This document shows, piece by piece, positions 50,932 to 60,855 of a stretch of 64,000 bases of DNA. The position numbers and the translations under genes were made by a program. This DNA is from an uncultured bacterium. Lineage in GTDB: Bacteria > Babelota > Babeliae > Babelales > Babelaceae. Under the pieces are notes generated by a model. It was not told where the DNA came from, did no database searches, and saw only the letters and a program-made list of their open reading frames with translations. The stretch spans positions 832,001 through 896,000 of the forward strand of contig CAVRKK010000002.1 in the NCBI GenBank assembly GCA_963722385.1, read 5' to 3'. Within the stretch, counting starts at the first letter, position 1, and each line of letters starts with the position of its first letter.

Positions 50932-51960
50932 ATGAAATCGCTACGCATGCTTTATCGTGCGCTTCCGCTTACGCTGCTCTTAAGTTCTTCCGTGCGCCTA
51001 CTCTCTCAGAGTGCTCTTGATATAAAACAGAAGCTACCTGCTGATGAAGGTGTTCAACATCGCAAAATACCCGAAGAAAAAGTGGAGGTTGAGAAGCATT
51101 TTCTCGAAGCAAAGCCTGCTAAAGAAACGCCAAAAATGCCGGAGCTAAAGCCGCCTGCTGCTCCAAAAGAGCCAACCAAAATGGCAGGCGAGCAAAAACC
51201 TGCGGGCGTTGTTACTGAACTTAAAACGAAAGAAGATCTCAAACAGGCCCATACCGGCGAGCCAAAAGCAACAGCGTTAAAAATTGGCGCTGATTGGTGT
51301 GGCGCATGCACGATGTCTAAGGAGCCATTTAAAAAAGCTGTTCAGGCACAGGGCGGCGCGCTTAAAGGGTATGACATTAATGCCGATAATCCTAATTTCA
51401 AAGATGTTATAGATGTTTTAAATGTACAAGGCTTGCCGACGACGGTGTATACTAAAGTAGAACATGTTACGCCACCTGCAGGAGGAAAAGCCGAAGGCAA
51501 ACCAATCGAGCCGGCGCGGCGTATTACTACGAAAAAAGGGCTTAAGGAAGCTATTAGCAAAGAAGCGGCCAAGCCGCCGCAAGGAAGCTATCACGTCATT
51601 TTTGTTGTAGGAACTGCTGACTGTGCGACGTGTCCAGAGGCAGAGAAAGTCGCCAATCGTGGCTTCGGACCACGAGTTGGGGTATATGCTATTGACCTTG
51701 ATAAAGCGGAACCGTTTGTTCAAAACTTCCTCAATTTATTTGGCGTTTCTTCAGCAAATGTGCCAGCGAAAGTGCATATTAGGTCTGAAATCGGTTCGCG
51801 TAGTGCGGGGGAATTCAGCGAAACGATGGGCGAGTTTACCGGCAAGCCTGCTGCCATGGCGCCGGAGCACGAAGAGAGGGCAATGGGCCGACGTTCACGA
51901 AGCAATGAACGCCAAGAAGAAAGAGCGCCTCGAAGAGAACGGCGGTTTCTCTGGGGTTAA
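50932..51960 (+). CDS. Exported protein with two thioredoxin-like CxxC motifs
   Basis: ADWCGAC..VQGLPT and ADCATC; signal-like N-terminus; Pro/Lys/Glu linkers. Confidence 0.75.
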   Translation: MKSLRMLYRALPLTLLLSSSVRLLSQSALDIKQKLPADEGVQHRKIPEEKVEVEKHFLEAKPAKETPKMPELKPPAAPKEPTKMAGEQKPAGVVTELKTKEDLKQAHTGEPKATALKIGADWCGACTMSKEPFKKAVQAQGGALKGYDINADNPNFKDVIDVLNVQGLPTTVYTKVEHVTPPAGGKAEGKPIEPARRITTKKGLKEAISKEAAKPPQGSYHVIFVVGTADCATCPEAEKVANRGFGPRVGVYAIDLDKAEPFVQNFLNLFGVSSANVPAKVHIRSEIGSRSAGEFSETMGEFTGKPAAMAPEHEERAMGRRSRSNERQEERAPRRERRFLWG

Positions 51961-51970
51961 GAAGAATAAG

Positions 51971-52018
51971 GGATGCAATAAAAAAGACCCGGCACATGCC
52001 GGGTCTTTTTTATTGCAT
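51971..52018. terminator. Bidirectional intrinsic terminator
   Basis: AATAAAAAAGACCCGGCA-CA-TGCCGGGTCTTTTTTATT between convergent genes. Confidence 0.85.
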
Positions 52019-52025
52019 GAGATGT

Positions 52026-53999
52026 TTAGAGCGAAGCTAATAATAAAGCGACCATCGACATGAGCTTAATCAATATATTGAGCGCAGGTCCTGAGGTATC
52101 TTTAAAAGGATCCCCAACCGTATCGCCAACAATTGCTGCTTTATGAGTATCTGAACCCTTGCCGCCAAAATGACCAGCTTCTATATACTTTTTCGCATTA
52201 TCCCAAGCGCCGCCGCCAGTTGCCATCATAAGCGCTAAGAGCACGCCAACAACCGTAGCACCGACTAACAGGCCGCCCAAAGCAAGCGGTCCAAGCAGAT
52301 ACCGAACGGTAACAGGTACAGCAACCGTAAGAAGACCAGGCAAGAGCATCTCGCGCAGCGAAGCCTTCGTGCTTATGGCTATACAGCGTGCGTAGTCAGG
52401 CAACGTTGTGCCCTCCATGATACCGGGGATCTCTTTAAACTGGCGGCGCACTTCCATGACCATGAGTAACGCGGCCTTGCCCACCGACCTCATGGTAAGT
52501 GCTGATATCCAGAATGGCATTGTACCGCCAATAAAAATACCAACAAGAACAATGGGGTTTAGTAAATTGAGCGTATCGATACCAGCCTTTAAACCATAAG
52601 CGGCAAATATACCAAGGGCAGCAAGCAATGCTGATCCGATGGCAAAACCTTTGCCGAGCGCTGCCGTTGTATTGCCCAAAGCATCGAGCTTGTCAGTAAT
52701 CTCGCGAACATTTTTTCCAAGACCTGCCATCTCCGCTATACCACCTGCGTTATCGGCAATGGGGCCATACCCATCAACGGTCATTAGAATGCCGACGGTT
52801 CCCAACATCGCAACCGCAGCAAGCGAAACGCCAAAGAGTTGCCCGCCATAGATATACGAAATGAGCACACCAAGAGCTAAGAGGATGACAGGAAGCACCG
52901 TTGATTCCATGCCAACCGACAAGCCGTAGATAATATTGGTTGCCGCCCCCGAGCGAGCGCTTTCAGCAACACGTATCATGGGTGTACTGCTGGTATAGTA
53001 TTCGGTAATAAAGCCAACAATAATGCCCGCGATACAGCCAACAATAATCGATATAAAGAGGCTAATATCGATGCCGGCATAGAAAAAGTAACCGTAGCTT
53101 AAGGCAAGTAATACGCCGAGCGCGCTTACGGTAGCGATGCGCAGCGACATTGCTGAGCTTGCCTTTGAGACGACGCCAAGTATGAGACCAATAAATGAAC
53201 CTATAAGCCCAAAGAGTGATATCATTAAAGGCAGTGTCATATAGGCTAAGCTACCCGGGCGATAAGCGAGGGCGAGAATGATAGTTGAGACCATGGCCCC
53301 AACATATGACTCATAAATATCTGCGCCCATGCCGGCGGTATCACCGACACAATCGCCAACATTATCAGCGATAACGGCAGGATTGCGAGGGTCATCTTCG
53401 GGAATACCTGCTTCTATTTTACCAACGAGATCGGCACCGACGTCGGCTGACTTTGTATAGATGCCGCCACCAACACGAGCAAAAAAGGCTACCAGGGAAG
53501 CGCCAAGAGCAAAGCTTGTAATAAGCAATTCGAAATCAGGCCGGCTGCTTGATATCATGACCAACAACGTAAGGCCGAGCAGGCCAATGCTGGCCACGGC
53601 AAATCCCATAGCACCGCCACCCAAGAGTGCCGTATAAAAAGCATGACGCTCGCCATGCTTTTGCGCTTCAAGGGTTGTGCGCACATTAGCATCCGTTGCA
53701 GCACACATACCAATATAGCCGGTTGTAAGCGACAAAATAGAGCCTATGGCAAAACAAGCGGCAGCCCATATATTAGCAAAAATTGAGAGCAGAATAACGC
53801 CTGCTATTACGACGAGCCCAATAACGCGATACTCTTCACGTAAAAAAGTCATGGCGCCTAAGCGTATAGCCTGCGCTATTGCTTCAGCTTTTTTGTTATC
53901 GACAGGTAACGATCTTACCCGCTTTATAAAGTACCATACCAACACCAATCCTATGACTGACGAAAGTATAATAGCAGTGTATATAGGGGTGATGAGCAT
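52026..53999 (-). CDS. hppA: Membrane ion-translocating pyrophosphatase
   Basis: DVGADLVGKIE, DNVGD, EYYT, GNTTAA, GDTVGDPFKDTSGP. Confidence 0.96.
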   Translation of the reverse strand: MLITPIYTAIILSSVIGLVLVWYFIKRVRSLPVDNKKAEAIAQAIRLGAMTFLREEYRVIGLVVIAGVILLSIFANIWAAACFAIGSILSLTTGYIGMCAATDANVRTTLEAQKHGERHAFYTALLGGGAMGFAVASIGLLGLTLLVMISSSRPDFELLITSFALGASLVAFFARVGGGIYTKSADVGADLVGKIEAGIPEDDPRNPAVIADNVGDCVGDTAGMGADIYESYVGAMVSTIILALAYRPGSLAYMTLPLMISLFGLIGSFIGLILGVVSKASSAMSLRIATVSALGVLLALSYGYFFYAGIDISLFISIIVGCIAGIIVGFITEYYTSSTPMIRVAESARSGAATNIIYGLSVGMESTVLPVILLALGVLISYIYGGQLFGVSLAAVAMLGTVGILMTVDGYGPIADNAGGIAEMAGLGKNVREITDKLDALGNTTAALGKGFAIGSALLAALGIFAAYGLKAGIDTLNLLNPIVLVGIFIGGTMPFWISALTMRSVGKAALLMVMEVRRQFKEIPGIMEGTTLPDYARCIAISTKASLREMLLPGLLTVAVPVTVRYLLGPLALGGLLVGATVVGVLLALMMATGGGAWDNAKKYIEAGHFGGKGSDTHKAAIVGDTVGDPFKDTSGPALNILIKLMSMVALLLASL

Positions 54000-54198
54000 G
54001 CAGCCTCCACGTTAAAAAACAATAGCATTCTGAAAACTCTTTTAGGGTACAGTGATTCAGCATCTTTGTAAAGAACGTTAAGTGGAGGCAGCGATCACCG
54101 GAATGACCTTTAGAAATACTTTACTAAAAATATTGAATTTTATATTAACAATAGTATAAAATTGTAATAGTTATTCTTAATTAAAAAGGAGCTTTGTT

Positions 54199-54441
54199 AT
54201 GGTAAAATTCTCTGTCTTGGGACCCTTAGCGGGATTACTCGTCGTGCTGGGTAGTCAGGGATTTATGCTCACCAACAAAGTGCCAAAAGCCTTCGAGCTC
54301 ACCATGCACTATAGCTACCCTAAGGATAACCCAAACTATCTGAATGCGCCGGGTGTTAAAATCGCTGCGCTGTTTCCAGGTTCGACAGCAGAAATAGACG
54401 TTAACTACCTTGATGAGGCGGTGCTTGAAGAAGCGCGCTAG
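54199..54441 (+). CDS. Short exported hypothetical protein, possibly truncated
   Basis: AAGGAG RBS and hydrophobic N-terminus. Confidence 0.5.
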   Translation: MVKFSVLGPLAGLLVVLGSQGFMLTNKVPKAFELTMHYSYPKDNPNYLNAPGVKIAALFPGSTAEIDVNYLDEAVLEEAR

Positions 54442-54616
54442 AGTTGTTTTGAGCAATTAAGTAAAATAATCTTTATCACTGTTGTAGGCCATAAGCAGCA
54501 TATCAAACTCCCTTCGAAAAGCATTGACTAAGCCATGCAAGATGCTACAGTAAGAATGCTTTTTTCTTGTGCGAAGTTTAAATGCTCTCTGGAGTAGTCA
54601 TGGGGGGATAAGAGGT

Positions 54617-54913
54617 ATGAATAACACAAATCCTGAATATAAGAGAGCAATAATAAGAGCAATTGAGTACCACTTTCCTACAGCAAAAGTGATACTTTTT
54701 GGCTTACGAGCTCGTGGCACGAATCGCCCTGGTGCCGATGTTGATATTGCTATAGATAATGGCGCTGCCGTAAAATTAAGAGAAATAAATAGAGCTCGAA
54801 CAACATTGGACAACCTGCCTATACCATTAGAAGTAGATTTTGTTGATCTAAATGCTAGCCCCGCTGAGCTTAAAAAAATAATTCTAAGTGAGGGGATAGT
54901 ATGGAAAGATTAA
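54617..54913 (+). CDS. Minimal nucleotidyltransferase (MNT) antitoxin
   Basis: VILFGLRARG...ADVDIAID...VDFVD; overlapped by a 23-codon stub at 54901-54972. Confidence 0.8.
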   Translation: MNNTNPEYKRAIIRAIEYHFPTAKVILFGLRARGTNRPGADVDIAIDNGAAVKLREINRARTTLDNLPIPLEVDFVDLNASPAELKKIILSEGIVWKD

Positions 54914-55048
54914 AGATTCCAGAAGCTCAAGAAATAGGCGATCCTGCATTAGCTGCTGAAGAGAAGTTTTAGTTCGCCTGGGTTCTTGACATATTTTGTT
55001 TTCTGAGCTAAGTCAAGTGTCGGATTTATATACAAAGGACCCTTAATT

Positions 55049-56089
55049 ATGAAACTAAAAAATCTCCATAAACTCACCCTGTTAGCGCTTATAAGTGGCT
55101 CGCTATTTTGTTCGCAAACGTCGACAAAATCACTGCTTGATAACGTAGCAAAGCCCTCCGCCAAGCCCGATCTGGCATTATCAGTTCTAAAAACCAATGG
55201 GTTTGTTCTAAAAAATGACTTTTTGAGGGAAATTAAAAATTTATTTAAGGCAACGACGTTTATTGAAACGGGAACGTATATTGGCCAAACGACGCTGGCA
55301 GCGAGCGCTGTCTTTGATGAGGTCTATACGGTTGAGTTATCAACGGCGCTCTATGACAGTTGTTCCCAGCTTTTTGAAGAGCATAAAAATATCCACCTCT
55401 ATCCAGGAACTTCACCAGAATTCTTGCAAACGATTCTCCCGCAGGTGAATGGGCAAGTAATTTTTTGGTTAGATGCTCACGATAGCTTAGGCATAACAGC
55501 TCGTGGTGACAAAGAGACACCTATTGTTGAAGAATTACGCGCTATCCAGGAATCACCGGTGAAAGATGGTATCATTTTGATTGATGACGTACGCCAATTT
55601 TATAAGACAGGATCTGACTATCCAACCTTTAGCGCTCTTTGCCAGCTGATAATTGATATTAATCCGAATTATAAATTGGCGGTGCTGGGCGACGTCTTGA
55701 TAGCGTTTCCTGAATCATGTAATATTACGGTATCACCGCTGGTGTGGGCGCTTACCTTGAGCCGACTCTATGATGAAAATAGCAATTTGGCTATCAATAT
55801 TGTGGCCGTTGATCGTATTATAGCGCATGCTCAGGGGCACGAGCTTGCAGGCCTTGAATGGATTGTGGCCTTGCCCGAAGAAGGACTTGGGCATGGTTCA
55901 TATCGCTGGTGGTACGGATTGTCTCGATTATATAAGGGAGATACCGCTCAAGGAATTGCTGCCTTACAAACTGCCTGGCTTGCGGAATCCAAAAAGCAAC
56001 GATTAGCGCTGTTAGTAGCTGATTGCCTCAAAGGGCTTAATAATGTTATTGGAACATCTTGTCTTCAACGAGAGGCCCTCTTAATTTAG
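55049..56089 (+). CDS. Exported SAM-dependent methyltransferase-like protein
   Basis: FIETGTYIGQTT, TVEL, FWLDAH, ILIDD; signal peptide; helical tail. Confidence 0.7.
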   Translation: MKLKNLHKLTLLALISGSLFCSQTSTKSLLDNVAKPSAKPDLALSVLKTNGFVLKNDFLREIKNLFKATTFIETGTYIGQTTLAASAVFDEVYTVELSTALYDSCSQLFEEHKNIHLYPGTSPEFLQTILPQVNGQVIFWLDAHDSLGITARGDKETPIVEELRAIQESPVKDGIILIDDVRQFYKTGSDYPTFSALCQLIIDINPNYKLAVLGDVLIAFPESCNITVSPLVWALTLSRLYDENSNLAINIVAVDRIIAHAQGHELAGLEWIVALPEEGLGHGSYRWWYGLSRLYKGDTAQGIAALQTAWLAESKKQRLALLVADCLKGLNNVIGTSCLQREALLI

Positions 56090-56118
56090 TAATTATAAAA
56101 AATAACAGGGAATTCAGC

Positions 56119-56772
56119 ATGAAAAGTACGATAAGGTTGCTTGTGTTTATAGGCTGCCTCTTTGCCAATGATGTCCTGGGCATGGAAAAGCAAAATTTGC
56201 GTACTATACGTGAATGTAAAACCTGTCTCGAGGATGCAAATCAAAAATACAATGCAAAGAAATTAAACAAAATGATTGCTATGCTTAAGACGCATATGCA
56301 AGAAAAGCTTTCTCCAAAAACGCTGAATAAGCTGCTTATTTTTCTTGCTCAGCAAATAAACACGTTAAGAACAGATGACGCAGTCGAAGATGCAGCGGAG
56401 CCGGTTGGCGATCCGTTCGATGATGATAAGAGCGATACGTCCTCGGATGATGATGGCGCCGCTTGGGGTGATTCTACGGGTGAGGGGAAAGCTTTTGTAT
56501 GTCTTTTTTTGATTACTTGCCTTGTCGTCTACTGGGTAGTTCAAGCAATTATGAGCAGCATGCATAACAATAGCGAGAAATCATTGGCTTTGCGTAGGCA
56601 AGAATACATTCCTCAGGCGGTAGATCATATGAGTGATTTGATGGGTGACATTATGGATAATATTCGCAACCAAGACTATCAGGTAGATGCTAACGCTCGA
56701 TCGGTCTTGAGATCGCTCGCTGAAACTAATCAAGTTATACGGTCTTTTGTTGGCGTGCAGAGCTTTATGTGA
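56119..56772 (+). CDS. Hypothetical exported protein with one TM segment
   Basis: Signal ending VLG-ME; acidic linker; hydrophobic AFVCLFLITCLVVYWVV. Confidence 0.7.
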   Translation: MKSTIRLLVFIGCLFANDVLGMEKQNLRTIRECKTCLEDANQKYNAKKLNKMIAMLKTHMQEKLSPKTLNKLLIFLAQQINTLRTDDAVEDAAEPVGDPFDDDKSDTSSDDDGAAWGDSTGEGKAFVCLFLITCLVVYWVVQAIMSSMHNNSEKSLALRRQEYIPQAVDHMSDLMGDIMDNIRNQDYQVDANARSVLRSLAETNQVIRSFVGVQSFM

Positions 56773-56867
56773 TGTTGGCTCCAGCTAAAGGGGTACTTTC
56801 TGACGCGTGTAATTTTACGCGGTTATGCTATAGTTAAGCTATAAAGATGTAATAGCAAAGGACCAGC

Positions 56868-59129
56868 ATGAAACTCAGTATTGCACCCGAGATCCTGAGG
56901 GACTTCCCCGGGCTTACCATTGGTATCGTGGTTGCACATGGAAGCGACAATAGTCAGCAACACGAGGCGATTGAGCATTTGTTGCGTAGCCAAGAAGAAC
57001 TTATAACCAAAGCACTCACCAAAGAAAAGCTTGGTCAGCATCCGGCAATTCTGGTATGGCGTGCAGCCTATAAAAATTTTGGTGCACGGCCGAAAGACCA
57101 CCTCTCATCCGTTGAGAAGCTGGCCCAGCGTGTGCTAACTGGCCATCAGTTGCCCGCTATTAATTCTTTCGTTGATATCTATAATTATGTTTCGTTGAAA
57201 TACCTTCTGCCTGTTGGTGGGGAAGACCTTGATACCATCGAAGGTGATATCTCACTTGCCTATGCGGGCCCCCATGAGCCACCGGTACGCTTGCTGGGTG
57301 AATCAGAAGCTCGCCAACCAACACCAGGTGAAATTATATATAAGGACGCTAAGAGTGCGCTCTGCCGCCGCTGGAACTGGAAAGAGGCCGACCGGACCAA
57401 AATAATACCAACGACCAAGCACGCTATCTTTGTCGTTGAATTACTACCACCTGTCGATGCGCGTATCGTCAAAAGTGCGACGTATGAGCTGGCGGCTCTC
57501 ATTAAGCGCTTCTGCCAAGGGACAGTAAGCGTGGCTTTCTTAGATGAGCAACATCCCGAGGTTGTCCTCAAGCAGGATAATCACTATACCGAACTTCAGC
57601 ACCCATCAAAAGACTTTGCACTCGAGATCTCAGCTTATGCATTGCCTGAGGAAATGCATGAAGAGGAAGATATCTCTTCTGAACATGCCATACGTGCCGA
57701 AAAAGTACGCTTACTGCGCAAGGAAGGATATGAACCCTGGCCGGCAGGCAAGCCGGTAAGCGCTACCTGTGCAGAGATTGTTGCCGCTTTTGAGGCTGAT
57801 AATCAGAGTAAAGCTTATCAAGTAGCAGGGCGCGTTATGTCGCTGCGCATACATGGCAAAGCGGCATTTGCCGATATCCAAGATCGCTCGGGCAAGATCC
57901 AGGTACATATTAAGCAGGATGCCGTAGGCCATGAGCAGTTTTTGTTTTTTACAACGTTTATTGACGTTGGGGATATTCTGTGGTGCTCGGGCTCCACGTT
58001 CAGAACAAAAACGGGTCAGGTAACGCTTGAGGTTGAAAGCTTTAGCTTGCTCAGCAAGAGTCTCTATCCCTTGCCAGAAAAATTTCATGGGCTTACCCAT
58101 ATCGAGACCAAGTATCGCCAGCGGTACCTTGATTTGATCATTAATCCTACAACGCGAGCACGCTTTAGAAAGCGTACTGCCGTTATAAAATATATTCGTT
58201 GTTATTTAGATAAGCACGACTTTATTGAAGTGGAGACACCTATGCTGCATCCCATTGCTGGTGGTGCGGCAGCACGGCCCTTTATTACTCACCATAATGC
58301 TTTAAATACTGATTTTTACTTGCGTATCGCACCCGAATTGTACCTCAAGCGTTTGGTGATTGGCGGTATCGAACGCGTGTATGAGATTAATCGCAATTTC
58401 CGTAATGAGGGTGTCTCAACACGGCATAATCCCGAATTTACCATGCTTGAATTTTATATGGCATATCAGGATTATCATTTTATTATGGACTTTGTTGAAA
58501 ACCTGCTGCGGTCTTTGATACGAGCAGTATGCGGATCACTCCAGATACCGTACGAGCAGTATACACTCGACTTTGAGCAGCCCTTTTTGCGTATGCCAAT
58601 GCGCCAAGCTCTGATAACGTATGCTGGATTGAGCGAGCAGGAACTCACTCCTCGCATGCTTGATGCAACCCTTGCTGCGCATAAGCTTAAAGTTGACCAG
58701 CATGCTTCTGAGGGTGAAAAAATATATGCTCTTTTTGAGGAGCTTGCTGAGTCAAAGCTGATCCAGCCCATCTTTATTACTGATTTTCCTATTGAGGTCT
58801 CACCGCTGTCGAAACGAGATGTGCAAAATCCTATGCTTGCAGCGCGTTTTGAGCTCTTTATTGCTGGTATGGAGCTCAGTAATGGCTTCAATGAGCTTAA
58901 TGATCCCTACGACCAGGCTGAGCGATTTAAAGAGCAAGTAGCTGCTCATGCTCGAGGAAATAAGGAGGCGCACCAGTATGACAGCGACTATGTCCATGCG
59001 CTTGAGTATGCTCTTCCTCCTACGGTGGGCGTTGGTATCGGTATCGATCGGCTGGTTATGCTGTTGACCAATACCCCCTCTATTAAAGAAGTCATTCTGT
59101 TTCCAACGCTTAAGCGCAAAGAAGGCTAA
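56868..59129 (+). CDS. lysS: Class II lysyl-tRNA synthetase with N-terminal B3/4 domain
   Basis: YRQRYLDL, GGAAARPF, LRIAPELYLK, FRNEG..RHNPEF, GIGIDRL; first ~230 aa have WRAAY..FG..SSVEKL..LPAIN..VDIYN..PVGGED..CRRWNW. Confidence 0.95.
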   Translation: MKLSIAPEILRDFPGLTIGIVVAHGSDNSQQHEAIEHLLRSQEELITKALTKEKLGQHPAILVWRAAYKNFGARPKDHLSSVEKLAQRVLTGHQLPAINSFVDIYNYVSLKYLLPVGGEDLDTIEGDISLAYAGPHEPPVRLLGESEARQPTPGEIIYKDAKSALCRRWNWKEADRTKIIPTTKHAIFVVELLPPVDARIVKSATYELAALIKRFCQGTVSVAFLDEQHPEVVLKQDNHYTELQHPSKDFALEISAYALPEEMHEEEDISSEHAIRAEKVRLLRKEGYEPWPAGKPVSATCAEIVAAFEADNQSKAYQVAGRVMSLRIHGKAAFADIQDRSGKIQVHIKQDAVGHEQFLFFTTFIDVGDILWCSGSTFRTKTGQVTLEVESFSLLSKSLYPLPEKFHGLTHIETKYRQRYLDLIINPTTRARFRKRTAVIKYIRCYLDKHDFIEVETPMLHPIAGGAAARPFITHHNALNTDFYLRIAPELYLKRLVIGGIERVYEINRNFRNEGVSTRHNPEFTMLEFYMAYQDYHFIMDFVENLLRSLIRAVCGSLQIPYEQYTLDFEQPFLRMPMRQALITYAGLSEQELTPRMLDATLAAHKLKVDQHASEGEKIYALFEELAESKLIQPIFITDFPIEVSPLSKRDVQNPMLAARFELFIAGMELSNGFNELNDPYDQAERFKEQVAAHARGNKEAHQYDSDYVHALEYALPPTVGVGIGIDRLVMLLTNTPSIKEVILFPTLKRKEG

Positions 59130-59130
59130 G

Positions 59131-60855
59131 ATGCTTCAGGGAGAAAAATACCGTTGGCTTCTAGCGCAACCCGATGAACAGCTTATACGTGCGCTTGCTT
59201 TACGCTTTAACCTATCTATACCTGTTATACAGACGCTTATTAATCGCCGCTTAACGACGGTGGAAGTTATCGAGCGATTCCTCTTTAGCAGCAAAGAAAA
59301 AGATGTCGGCCATGCGGGCAGGCTTAAGGACGCCGAAAAGGCGGTTGATCGTATTATGTATGCGATTAAGTATAAAGAAAAAATGTTGATTTGTGGCGAT
59401 TATGATGTTGATGGTATCACTTCATCGGCGCTCATTTTGAGCTGCCTTTTGCCCTTAGATGCCTCGGTGAACTTTTTCTTGCCCAACCGAGTACGCGATG
59501 GCTACGGTTTATCGACAACAACAGTTGAGCGTGCTGCGCGCAATGGTTATCGCGTAATCATTACCGTTGACAATGGTATCACCGCATTTGAGCCTGCTCT
59601 CGTTGCTAAGCAGCATGGTATAGACCTTATTATTACCGATCATCATCGGCCACATGAGCATGTTCCTGATGCATTTGCCATTGTTAATCCCCATCAGGAA
59701 GACTGCCCCTACCCATTTAAGGGCTTTGCAGGGGTTGGCGTTAGCTTTAAGCTCATGTCGCTTCTCTACGAGCGGCTGAACCTTCCACTACCAGCTCAAG
59801 TCTATGAGCTTTTGCTGTTGGGTACCGTAGCTGATGTTGTACCTTTGGTTGAGGAAAATCGATTTTGGGTTCGCTATGGCCTCCAGCACATCAGAAAGCA
59901 GGAGAGTACGGCATTACAGGTGCTTAAGAAAAATGCGCGCGTTACCAGGCCGGTGATAACTTCGCAGGATATTGGATTTTTTATTACGCCACAGATTAAT
60001 GCGCTCGGCAGACTTGACGATCCTCGGGATGGCGTTAAATTTCTTATGAGTATTGATGCTGCTGAAGTTGAGCGAATTGGTGCCGTCTTGAGCAGTTTCA
60101 ACGAAGCGCGGAAGGCAGTTGAGCGCTCTATCCTTGACGATATCGAGCGTGAGCTCGCTGACATAGACTTTTCGAAAGAGCGCGTTATTGTGGCTTTCAG
60201 TAAACGATGGCCTACGGGGGTTATAGGCCTAGCCGCCTCTCGCTTGGTGAGTGCCTATCATCGGCCTGCTTTCTTGTTTCATATTACGGCGGAAGGAATT
60301 GCTAAAGGCTCGTGTCGGTCAATCCCAGCATTTAATATTTTTAACGCGCTGACTACTCTACGTGATATGTTAATTACCTTTGGCGGCCATGCGGTGGCCG
60401 CAGGTCTTTCTTTACCAGCGGTACGCTTGCCAGAGTTTAAAGCACGGCTCGAAGAGCTCGTTGATAAAGCATTAACTCCCGATGACCTGTTGCCGACCTT
60501 GCATATTGATGCAGAACTGCCATTACGTGAAGCTAACAGCAAGCTTATGGCGGACTTAGCGTATTTAGAGCCGTTTGGTTGTGAAAATAGTGTACCTCTC
60601 TTTTACGTACGCCAGGTGACGTTATTGGGTCAGCCACAGCTTCTTAAAGAAGCCCATGTAAAATGCACCGTGTTTTCTGATGGTATTGCCAAGCCGGTTA
60701 TTTTTTTCAACAGGCCAGAGCTGTATAAAAAATTACAGGAGGCAGAAGCGATGAGTTGTAGCTTGGTTGTGCACGCACTTGAAAATCATTGGAACAATGA
60801 GACTCGCATTGAATTACAGGGCATTGATATTGTGCTCGGTGAGGAAGCATTATGA
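59131..60855 (+). CDS. recJ: ssDNA exonuclease RecJ
   Basis: GDYDVDG, ITVDNG, TDHH, GTVAD, GSCRS, GGHAVAAG. Confidence 0.96.
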   Translation: MLQGEKYRWLLAQPDEQLIRALALRFNLSIPVIQTLINRRLTTVEVIERFLFSSKEKDVGHAGRLKDAEKAVDRIMYAIKYKEKMLICGDYDVDGITSSALILSCLLPLDASVNFFLPNRVRDGYGLSTTTVERAARNGYRVIITVDNGITAFEPALVAKQHGIDLIITDHHRPHEHVPDAFAIVNPHQEDCPYPFKGFAGVGVSFKLMSLLYERLNLPLPAQVYELLLLGTVADVVPLVEENRFWVRYGLQHIRKQESTALQVLKKNARVTRPVITSQDIGFFITPQINALGRLDDPRDGVKFLMSIDAAEVERIGAVLSSFNEARKAVERSILDDIERELADIDFSKERVIVAFSKRWPTGVIGLAASRLVSAYHRPAFLFHITAEGIAKGSCRSIPAFNIFNALTTLRDMLITFGGHAVAAGLSLPAVRLPEFKARLEELVDKALTPDDLLPTLHIDAELPLREANSKLMADLAYLEPFGCENSVPLFYVRQVTLLGQPQLLKEAHVKCTVFSDGIAKPVIFFNRPELYKKLQEAEAMSCSLVVHALENHWNNETRIELQGIDIVLGEEAL

